This document shows, in pieces, positions 37,809-45,426 of a stretch of 46,207 nucleotides of DNA. The notes beneath the pieces were generated by a model. That model had not been told where the DNA came from and made no database searches. It was given only the letters and a program-made list of their open reading frames with translations. Origin of the DNA: Bacillota bacterium. Its GTDB lineage: Bacteria > Bacillota > UBA4882. Each line of letters begins with the position of its first letter. Positions within the stretch are counted from its first letter, which is position 1. The DNA lies in the NCBI GenBank assembly GCA_050942765.1, contig JBMNNY010000001.1, forward strand, positions 1 through 46,207, in the 5' to 3' direction. A program made the position numbers and the translations under genes.

Positions 37809-38762
37809 GTGATTGTCACTGTTGGATTTAACTTAGGAATCGAAAGCAAGTACACTGTTGAAAGCCTCGGGCGGAGTGCGGGCGCTGGCGGTCCCATTCC
37901 AGCTTTGGCAACAGAACATGGCGCTTTTGGTGGCGCAATTGCAGCAACCCGTGTGGCTGTTGAGTTGGGGGAAGAGACTATTGTCACCGGAATAGCTGGC
38001 GGAATGACTGGCAAGTGGCTTTGTGAGATACTGACCAAGGATCGCATTACACATGACTTTTGGCAGATTGATGAAAATACGCCCCAAAACCTGATTATTG
38101 TTGATCAAGAAACGCAGTGTTCTTACCGGATCAATCAGCATGGGCTGAATTTAGATCCGGGCGTTGCGAGTGCAGTGGTTGACGGAGTATCAGATAAGAT
38201 CAGGAGCTTATCAGAAACAGGTGGAGTGACAATCTTTTCCGGAGCGCTGCCTTCCGGTTTGACTACTGATTTATACAGCGGCTTAATACGAAAGGTAGCC
38301 CAGCATAGGGCGACTACGGTGCTTAATACCGAGGGCGTGAACCTTCGGGAAATGCAGTCAGCGCGTCCTTATCTGCTCGTAGTCTCGCGTGCGAAATTGG
38401 AAGCCTGGCTTGGCATGCAGAATTGCGCTTTGGATCAGCTGCTGGAAGGTGTCATTCAATTATCGCTGGCTGGCAGTGAAATAGTAGCGCTGTCTTTAGG
38501 GACTGATGGGGCTGTGGTGGCCTGGGGCAAGGACGTATATCTGGCACAGCCGCCGAATGTTAATGCCGCTAATTATGAAGGATGCGAAGATACTCTGACG
38601 GCCGGTTTTGCCGTAGGGCTGGCCCGGCGCTGGGGTGCTCAGGAAACCATCCGCACGGCCATGGCCGCAGTGATCGCCAATGAGATCGCTCCCAAGCCCG
38701 GACGACTTAGATTGCTGGACGTGGAAGCATTATGGGAGCAGGTACAGGTGAGCAGGATCTGA
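37809..38762 (+). CDS. PfkB/ribokinase-family carbohydrate kinase-like protein with divergent active-site motifs
   Basis: The N-terminus VIVTVGFNLGIESKY matches the 1-phosphofructokinase-type start. The C-terminal EGCEDTLTAGF sits where the DTxGAGDxFxAGF motif is expected. The GTG at 37809 follows GAGGG, and the ORF is open from 37776. Confidence 0.6.
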   Translation: MIVTVGFNLGIESKYTVESLGRSAGAGGPIPALATEHGAFGGAIAATRVAVELGEETIVTGIAGGMTGKWLCEILTKDRITHDFWQIDENTPQNLIIVDQETQCSYRINQHGLNLDPGVASAVVDGVSDKIRSLSETGGVTIFSGALPSGLTTDLYSGLIRKVAQHRATTVLNTEGVNLREMQSARPYLLVVSRAKLEAWLGMQNCALDQLLEGVIQLSLAGSEIVALSLGTDGAVVAWGKDVYLAQPPNVNAANYEGCEDTLTAGFAVGLARRWGAQETIRTAMAAVIANEIAPKPGRLRLLDVEALWEQVQVSRI

Positions 38763-38831
38763 TGAAGCGCTGAGGGTCTGAGAGGCGTGAGGGGCGAGTG
38801 GGGCGAGTGGGGCGAGTGGCGCGTGCGGGAA
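38760..38831. repeat. Eight-unit degenerate 9-nt tandem array beginning at the stop codon
   Basis: The units are tgatgaagc / gctgagggt / ctgagaggc / gtgaggggc / gagtggggc / gagtggggc / gagtggcgc / gtgcgggaa. Confidence 0.9.
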
Positions 38832-38913
38832 ATGAAGCACGGGGCGGCATACCCATAGCCCCGCACTGAGTAATGGGTAATGGGTTGGAATACTAGATGG
38901 ATGGAAGCAGCGC

Positions 38914-38939
38914 CGCTGAGGCAATCAGCGGTTTTTTTA
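38914..38939 (+). terminator. Rho-independent terminator after the PfkB-like gene
   Basis: The hairpin is CCGCTGA-GGCAA-TCAGCGG, followed by TTTTTTT. Confidence 0.85.
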
Positions 38940-39330
38940 TTTGCTGGGCGGTGCAATATGGAAAAAATGGCGGTAGTTCGCAGCAGGAATCGCAAAAGCG
39001 ATTTCGAATTTAGTATCCCGAGTTATGTAAACGATATTATGTTAACTATAATCGAGAATTATGACCGCCGATCTGTCAATTCGATACCATCGTGATGTAG
39101 TGGAAAATAGTGATTCACATGGTATAAGATACCGGGAACTTGACAGAAGGAAATAAAGTTTAGGGGCAGAATTAGTTAACATAACATCGGCGATCAGATT
39201 CATCGCAACACATTATTGCATAATAGCAGCGCATAACAACAGCGCAAATCATCAACGCAATTTATCAATGCAATTTATCCACGCAACTTTATGATTAAGT
39301 TTACCGTTCCGCACAGGCGGGCTTACGGCA

Positions 39331-39345
39331 GAAAGGAGGTGAACC
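39331..39345 (+). promoter_or_regulatory. Extended Shine-Dalgarno-like element in the porin leader (STAB-SD-like, or the RBS of a 20-codon leader ORF at 39347-39409)
   Basis: AGAAAGGAGGTGAAC matches 14 of 15 positions of the expected complement of the 16S 3' tail (AGAAAGGAGGTGATC). It lies 220 nt upstream of the porin start and is followed by TTG and 19 more sense codons (20 in all) before TAG. Confidence 0.45.
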
Positions 39346-39564
39346 TTGGTAAACCGTTTGTCAGCCACCGGAAGGGTAATTAAAAGACGCAGCACAAATC
39401 AAGCTTAGACGCAGCAAACTACGCAGCAATAATCACGGCAATTATGACAGCCGGAGGAAGAAATAGAGGTAACTTGGAGACTTTATTCCTCCTCCAGACA
39501 CAGCAGCAAACTTCAGGCAAATGCACTCTAAACACACTACTAGATCTACCAAGGAGGAACAACA

Positions 39565-40671
39565 ATGAAAAAACTAATCCCTGTTCTCGTTGCAGCATTG
39601 ATCCTGATGTTGGCTTCTCCGGTCTTTGCGGCCGAAGTCAAAGTCACTGGTTCCGTTTCAGGTATTACAGGGTATGAAGGCGGACTGTTCTACGAGGGTG
39701 GCGCTACGATAGGCGCTGAAGCTCAGATCACTGATAACATCAAAGCCGGTATCGGCTTCAACTTCAGCAATGGTCTGACTGACACCATCCAGAACGGTAT
39801 GTCATGGTCGGATTTCGCAGCGATGGTTGACAAAGCGTATATTGAAACCAGCGGCGCTTTGGTAACCGGTCTGCCCAGCATGACCACCCGTCTTGGTACT
39901 CAGGAAATCGGTTACTCGATTTTCAATGCCTACAACATCAAAGGCGAAGGTATCGGTATTAGAGACCTTGCAATTGGCCCCGTAGCCCTCGCCGGATTCC
40001 AGTCCTGGAATCCTGCTGAGCAGGTTCGTGGTGGTCAGATTAGCGTCAATCCGCTCGAAGGACTGAGCGTTGCCGCTAACGTAATTCACGCCGGCGCCGA
40101 TGATACCCAGCAGCTTTCCGCTGCTCTCGAGGCCGCTGTGCAGCCGATCGAGCCGCTGACAATCAACGCTGCTATGGGTTATATGCATGATGCTGATGAT
40201 CCGGCATTTGCATTCGCAGGTGGCGCTGAGTATCAGGTGCTCCCGTACCTCGGTGTGCACGCTGGCGCTCGTAAAATCGATACCAACTACGCTCCGCGTT
40301 ATATGTACTCCAAGCTCTCCAACAATGAAATCGGCTTCAACGGTGGTGTAACCGTTTCTGCTTTCGGCGCAACCCTGGATACCAACGTCGACTACGCTAA
40401 GGCAATCGAAGTAGTCGGTGAGATGGACGAAGTCGTCTACACTGGTGAGATGACCCTTGAGCGTCCGTTCTCAGTTGCTGGTATGAACTTCACTCCGTCT
40501 TATGCTCTGACCCTGAGCAAGGCCGACGAAGGCGAAATCGGTATCACTGAGCATGTACTTTCACTCGGTTACGAAGCCCCGAACAGCCTCACTATCACCG
40601 GTGGCGTCGACATTACCGATCTGGAAGACATCAAACCGTTCGTAAACGCTGCGATGGAAGTGGAATTCTAA
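39565..40671 (+). CDS. Outer-membrane beta-barrel porin-like protein
   Basis: The signal peptide is MKKLIPVLVAALILMLASPVFA/AE. Alternating amphipathic strands run throughout and are rich in Gly and aromatic residues. The C-terminus ...AAMEVEF ends in Phe. A strong AAGGAGG RBS is present. Confidence 0.75.
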   Translation: MKKLIPVLVAALILMLASPVFAAEVKVTGSVSGITGYEGGLFYEGGATIGAEAQITDNIKAGIGFNFSNGLTDTIQNGMSWSDFAAMVDKAYIETSGALVTGLPSMTTRLGTQEIGYSIFNAYNIKGEGIGIRDLAIGPVALAGFQSWNPAEQVRGGQISVNPLEGLSVAANVIHAGADDTQQLSAALEAAVQPIEPLTINAAMGYMHDADDPAFAFAGGAEYQVLPYLGVHAGARKIDTNYAPRYMYSKLSNNEIGFNGGVTVSAFGATLDTNVDYAKAIEVVGEMDEVVYTGEMTLERPFSVAGMNFTPSYALTLSKADEGEIGITEHVLSLGYEAPNSLTITGGVDITDLEDIKPFVNAAMEVEF

Positions 40672-40771
40672 GCCTAGCTTAGAGTTCAGTGGGTTCTGTG
40701 TGAGCCCCGCCCAGAAGGAGCTCAACTGAACCAAGGGTATCTAATCGAATCTGAATCAGAATAGCTTCAGG

Positions 40772-40808
40772 AACAGGCCGGCTCAATAAAAGAGTCGGCC
40801 TGTTTTGT
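40772..40808 (+). terminator. Rho-independent terminator after the porin gene
   Basis: AACAGGCCGGCTC pairs with GAGTCGGCCTGTT (1 mismatch), followed by TTG/T-rich sequence. Confidence 0.75.
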
Positions 40809-40810
40809 CG

Positions 40811-41075
40811 CGGTGTTTTGCAGGCGGTGTTTTGCGTAACGGTGTTTTGGGAGCGGTTGCGGCGGGTGGTTGCGGGAGTGGTTGCGGCGGGTGGTTGCGG
40901 GAGCGGTTGCGGCGAGCGGTTGCGGCGGGAGGTTGCGGGAGCGGTTGCAGCGGGTGGTTGCGGGAGCGGTTGCGGCGAGCGGTGCGTTGCGAGTGGTGCG
41001 CGACGCACCGTGCGCGGTGTGCGATACGCGGTGTACGGCGTGCGGTGCGCGACGCGTGCAAGCGCCGGTGCAGGT
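40811..41075. repeat. Composite minisatellite: GGTGTTTTG x3, then about 5.5 copies of a 25-nt unit GGGAGCGGTTGCGGCGGGTGGTTGC (40849-40985), then GTGCGCGACGC-type words
   Basis: Units were read directly at 40849-73, 40874-98, 40899-923, 40924-36 (half unit), 40937-61 and 40962-85. Confidence 0.95.
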
Positions 41076-41305
41076 TTAGATTTGATAAATCGCAGGATAA
41101 TATAGAAGCGGCGCTTTGTCAGCGACAGCTCCTTATCGGCGATGGCAATGATATTTGCGACGGCGAAGGTATTTGCAGCGGCAACGGTGACAGCACTCTG
41201 CCAATGACAGCTCCTTATCAAAGAAGGAAGAAAAAGCCACAGGTAGAAAACTAAAATTGAAAGAATGACGAGAGTGAAAATAATCAAATTGTAATGGGGG
41301 TTAAT

Positions 41306-42376
41306 ATGGTGATAAATTTGGATGATCAAAATGCCATTACAGCACTGGATCCAGGTGGCATGGGAAAAGCCATTTCCGCGTTTGCCGATCAATGCCGGAA
41401 GGCTCGCCAAATTGGGAAAGCAGCTGAAATACCGGATAATTATCGGGATGTAGATAATATTGTCGTGCTGGGTATGGGAGGTTCCGCAATCGGAGGGGAC
41501 TTAATCCGATCGCTGTTTGAAGGGGAACTCACCAAGCCTTTCCAAGTCAACAGAGATTATGATATACCGGCGTTTGTGGGGCCGCAGACACTGGTGGCGG
41601 CTTGCAGCTATTCTGGCAATACTGAGGAAACGCTTTCGGGATATGCGGAAGCCCGGCGTAAGGGAGCCAAGATTATCGCGTTTTGCACGGGTGGTAAGTT
41701 GAAGGAGCTTGCCGAGGCCGACGGCTATCCGTTGGTTTTGATCCCAGGAGGGCTTTCCCCGCGGGCGGCGCTGGGATACTCGTTTCATCCAATTATGGCA
41801 GTCCTGGAAAAGCTGGGGTTCCTGTCGCCCAAGGATCGCGAGTTTGATGAGATGCTGACCGTGGTGGAGCAGATTCAGGTGCGTATGGATGTGGCAGTGC
41901 CCGAGACTGAGAATTTCGCCAAACAGCTGGCGCGCAAAGTATTTGGCAAGCTGCCGGTGATTTATGGGGCCGGTGGTTGGCGCACTACAGTGGCGGCCCG
42001 CTGGAAGGGTCAGTTCAATGAGAACGCCAAGAACATAGCATACTGGAACGCATTCCCGGAACTTAATCATAATGAGACGGTCGGGTGGGAAGCGCCAGCA
42101 GAAGTTAATGTTTTGGCGCATGTCATCATTTTACGAGATCGCGAGGAGCCGCCACGTCTGGCCAAGCGCGTGGAAGTCACGCGCGAGCTGATGTCCTCTG
42201 CAGTGGCGGGCTTTACGGAGATCAGGGCTGAAGGGACGTCCGCGTTGGCGAGAATGTTTTCACTGGTATATGTCGGTGATTTCGTAAGCTATTACCTGAG
42301 CGCTCTGAATGGCATTGATCCATCGCCAGTGCGGGTGATTGATAAGCTTAAGGCCGAGTTGGCGAAGCTGGGCTGA
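41306..42376 (+). CDS. Bifunctional phosphoglucose/phosphomannose isomerase family protein (SIS domains)
   Basis: Family blocks are VVLGMGGSAIGGDL, SYSGNTEETL and NHNE. The start is ambiguous (ATG 41294 or ATG 41306). Confidence 0.75.
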   Translation: MVINLDDQNAITALDPGGMGKAISAFADQCRKARQIGKAAEIPDNYRDVDNIVVLGMGGSAIGGDLIRSLFEGELTKPFQVNRDYDIPAFVGPQTLVAACSYSGNTEETLSGYAEARRKGAKIIAFCTGGKLKELAEADGYPLVLIPGGLSPRAALGYSFHPIMAVLEKLGFLSPKDREFDEMLTVVEQIQVRMDVAVPETENFAKQLARKVFGKLPVIYGAGGWRTTVAARWKGQFNENAKNIAYWNAFPELNHNETVGWEAPAEVNVLAHVIILRDREEPPRLAKRVEVTRELMSSAVAGFTEIRAEGTSALARMFSLVYVGDFVSYYLSALNGIDPSPVRVIDKLKAELAKLG

Positions 42377-42388
42377 GCCGGAGAAGGG

Positions 42389-42430
42389 CTGGGATAGGCT
42401 TGGATAGGCCTGGATAGGCCTGGATAGGCT
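42389..42430. repeat. 10-nt tandem repeat TGGATAGGCY x4 just after the pgi-like stop
   Basis: The tract reads ctgggataggc ttggataggcc tggataggcc tggataggct. Confidence 0.9.
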
Positions 42431-42461
42431 GGGAACTGGCGGGCTGGGGGTGACCTTTGAT

Positions 42462-43571
42462 ATGACAACTCTGGATGTGGCGCGCGCGGGAGATCGCGGG
42501 CAGCCGCTTGATGCGCCGCGCAATGAAGATCACAACAGGCGTAAGAAAGAGCGATGGGCAATTGGAGTGGATCTGGGAGGCACAAAAGTTGCTGTGGCGG
42601 CGGTGTCCAGTACCGGGCATCTGGTGGGGCGCCACCAATCCCGCACATTGAAGGGCGTCCCGCCGGAAGAGTCTTTAGCCGCGATTGTGCAGTTAGTGGA
42701 ACAAGCCATACGCGACGGTGGCATTGATCGCGCCGTCATAGACGGTATTGGAGTGGGAGCGCCTGGTCCGCTAAATTCTGCCACGGGAGTGATCCATTTC
42801 GCGCCGAATCTGGGATGGGAGAATGTCGCAGCCGGCCCGTACTTTACCCAAAGCTTCCCGGGTATCCCGGTAAAGCTTGAAAATGATGCGAACGCGGCAG
42901 CATTAGGAGAGTATCGCTTTGGGGCCGGCCGCGGCGTGCGTCATATGGCTTATGTAACTGTCAGCACCGGAGTGGGGGGCGGCTTTATTCTGGACGGGAA
43001 GCTCTACACCGGCGCCACCGGCGGAGCTGGCGAAATTGGTCATATGACTGTGCAGCGGGAAGGTGGGCCGCGTTGCGGTTGCGGGAGGTATGGCTGTCTG
43101 GAAGCGGTTTCGTCCGGGACAGCGATTGCCCGCATGGCGCGGGAACATGTTGAGTCGGGTGGCGGGGGACTGCTGGCGAAGATGGCGGCCGTAAATATCG
43201 CCGCCGCTGGAGCAGTTGATGGAAAAGCCCCCTCTGAAACCATGGTGACCACTCAGGAACTTAAACCTATACGTCTTGACGCGACCGCAGTTGGTATTGC
43301 CGCGCGACAAGGAGATCATGCCGCCTGCAAGATTTTAGAAACAGCTTTTACATATTTGGGCCAGGGTCTGGCGACAGCGGCGAATTTGCTTGATCTGGAA
43401 CTGATTATCATTGGCGGCGGTGTTTCGGCTCTTTGGGATCTGATGCTGCCTCATATCCAAAGAGAGCTCATTTCAGGGCGCATTCCGGGACTTCAAAACG
43501 ATGTGCAAATTCGACGCGCCGAACTAGGTGCGGATGTTGGAATTTATGGCGCGGCAGCATTATTCGTGTGA
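42462..43571 (+). CDS. ROK-family glucokinase
   Basis: Motifs IGVDLGGTKVAV, ENDANAAALGE and the ROK zinc motif GHMTV...CGCGRYGCLE are present. The start is uncertain (GTG 42450 or ATG 42462). Confidence 0.85.
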   Translation: MTTLDVARAGDRGQPLDAPRNEDHNRRKKERWAIGVDLGGTKVAVAAVSSTGHLVGRHQSRTLKGVPPEESLAAIVQLVEQAIRDGGIDRAVIDGIGVGAPGPLNSATGVIHFAPNLGWENVAAGPYFTQSFPGIPVKLENDANAAALGEYRFGAGRGVRHMAYVTVSTGVGGGFILDGKLYTGATGGAGEIGHMTVQREGGPRCGCGRYGCLEAVSSGTAIARMAREHVESGGGGLLAKMAAVNIAAAGAVDGKAPSETMVTTQELKPIRLDATAVGIAARQGDHAACKILETAFTYLGQGLATAANLLDLELIIIGGGVSALWDLMLPHIQRELISGRIPGLQNDVQIRRAELGADVGIYGAAALFV

Positions 43572-43629
43572 TTCATACCAGATGCGGGGCCGCGCCTGAT
43601 GTGAATAGTGTCAGAAAGGATGGTTCGAC

Positions 43630-44661
43630 ATGCCGCTGAATATTGTTCAGAATAACATCGTCAATATGAAAGTGGATGCGATTGTCAATGCTGCCAATAT
43701 GGCTCTACAAAGAGGCGGGGGTGTCTGTGGTGCCATTTTTGCTGCCGCAGGAGTTGAGCAGCTGCAGGCGGCATGTGATCGCATTGGCGGATGCGCGGTC
43801 GGAGAGGCTGTCATTACCAATGGGTTTAATCTTCCGGCTAAGTACATTATTCATACGGTAGGGCCAGTGTGGCGGGGCGGTGGCGAAGGCGAAGCTGTTC
43901 TGCTGCGCAAATGCTATATCAATTCATTGACGCTGGCCGTGCAGCATGATTGTGAATCTGTCGCTTTTCCATTAATATCGGCCGGGATTTTTGGTTATCC
44001 CAAAGATCAGGCTTTGCAGGTTGCAGTGGCCGCAATCAGAGACTTTCTGGCAGATCATGATATTGACATTTATCTGGTAATCTATGATAAGGAAGATTTC
44101 TTGCCGGACACCAGACTAGGTGCGGCAGTTAACAGCTATCTGGCAGAGAATCTCGCTCCGGATCATTCCAGAGATTATAATATTGTCAGGAACGTACCTG
44201 CCGCAGAAACAGAAGAGGCAGAAGAAAGGTATCAAGCCCTTACGGTAGGTGAAGTTTTTGGCGCGCCAATTCCTTCTCAGAGCAAGAGCCAGGCAGAAAA
44301 GCGCATCGGCGAATTGGAGCTCGATGAGACTTTTTCGGAAAAGCTTTTGCGCCTGATTGATGCCAAGGGTATGACTGATGTCGAGACCTACAAGAGAGCA
44401 AATATCGACCGCAAACTGTTTTCCAAGATACGCAGCAACAAAGAGTACAACCCGAGTAAGCCGACGGCCATAGCTTTTGCCATTGCCCTCCGGCTAAATC
44501 TTGATGAAACGCTCGATTTGCTTGGCAAAGCCGGTTATACTTTGTCGCCCAGCTTGCGCTCGGATGTGATTATTCGGTTCTTTATCGATAAAGGCATCTA
44601 TGATATCCATCAGATCAATCTGTATTTATTTGAACATGATCAGGCGCTGCTGGGGGCTTAA
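43630..44661 (+). CDS. Macro-domain (ADP-ribose-binding/hydrolase) protein fused to a C-terminal helix-turn-helix-like domain
   Basis: Macro-domain blocks are VDAIVNAAN, GGGVCGAIFAAAG, YIIHTVGPVW and SVAFPLISAGIFGYP. The C-terminal region LLRLIDAKGMTDVETYKRANIDRKLFSKIRS resembles an XRE-type HTH. Confidence 0.8.
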   Translation: MPLNIVQNNIVNMKVDAIVNAANMALQRGGGVCGAIFAAAGVEQLQAACDRIGGCAVGEAVITNGFNLPAKYIIHTVGPVWRGGGEGEAVLLRKCYINSLTLAVQHDCESVAFPLISAGIFGYPKDQALQVAVAAIRDFLADHDIDIYLVIYDKEDFLPDTRLGAAVNSYLAENLAPDHSRDYNIVRNVPAAETEEAEERYQALTVGEVFGAPIPSQSKSQAEKRIGELELDETFSEKLLRLIDAKGMTDVETYKRANIDRKLFSKIRSNKEYNPSKPTAIAFAIALRLNLDETLDLLGKAGYTLSPSLRSDVIIRFFIDKGIYDIHQINLYLFEHDQALLGA

Positions 44662-44748
44662 AAAACTATTTGTCGCTTCGAAAGCGACCTTCGGGCTGGT
44701 TGGATTTGTTATCCTCTAATTGATCAATCAAGAACAAGGGGGATAACG

Positions 44749-45426
44749 ATGAGAGCCAAAATTACCGAGTTAGTGTTTATCCTGGACAGAAGCGGATCGA
44801 TGTCTGGACTTGAGGGCGACACAATCGGCGGTTTTAACTCTATGCTGGCCAAACAGAAGGAAGAATCGGGCGAGGCTATCGTAACTACTGTGTTATTTAA
44901 TGATCGTTACGAGCTTCTGCATGACAGAACCGATATTAAGGGTGTTCGGCCTATTACTGAAAAAGAGTATTTTGTCGGCGGAAACACCGCCCTGCTCGAC
45001 GCGATTGGGAAGACGATCAACAAAATCAGCAACGCTCAGAAACATATTTGTGATGAGCAGCGTGCTAACAAAGTTCTGTTCGTGATAATTACGGACGGGA
45101 TGGAAAACTCCAGCCGCGAATTTAGTTACGACAAGATAAAGGGAATGATTGAGACTCAGAAGAAAGCACATGACTGGGAGTTCCTTTTTCTGGGGGCCAA
45201 TATTGACGCCATTTCTGAGGCGGCGAAGATTGGTATAGGGGCGAACAGAGCTGTCAATTACCATGCTGACAGTCAAGGTACAATGCAAAACTTCAAAACA
45301 CTTTCGAATGTCGTGACCTGTATGCAAGTGAGTAACGGCATTCCTGATGACTGGAAAAAGGACATTGAGGACGACTTTGAAAACCGTATTAATCGCAATA
45401 GCGATAAGCGCGGCAATCGGCAATAA
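44749..45426 (+). CDS. Small cytoplasmic von Willebrand factor A (vWA) domain protein
   Basis: The MIDAS motif is FILDRSGSMSG, with downstream GGNTALLDAIG and FVIITDGMENSS. AGGGGGA RBS is present. Confidence 0.8.
   Translation: MRAKITELVFILDRSGSMSGLEGDTIGGFNSMLAKQKEESGEAIVTTVLFNDRYELLHDRTDIKGVRPITEKEYFVGGNTALLDAIGKTINKISNAQKHICDEQRANKVLFVIITDGMENSSREFSYDKIKGMIETQKKAHDWEFLFLGANIDAISEAAKIGIGANRAVNYHADSQGTMQNFKTLSNVVTCMQVSNGIPDDWKKDIEDDFENRINRNSDKRGNRQ

Noticed and set aside
38880-39095. 71-aa ORF (or 45-aa from the ATG at 38958) in the long spacer upstream of the porin.
   Set aside because: It has no convincing RBS, it spans the terminator at 38914-38939, and it has no recognisable motif. I left it unannotated.
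40679-41410. 243-aa minus-strand ORF, plus several plus-strand ORFs at 40805-41254, with PQPLPQPPAATAP-type repeats.
   Set aside because: They are translations of the 25-nt minisatellite in different frames. The minus ORF also overlaps the pgi-like start, and I see no RBS or coding signal.
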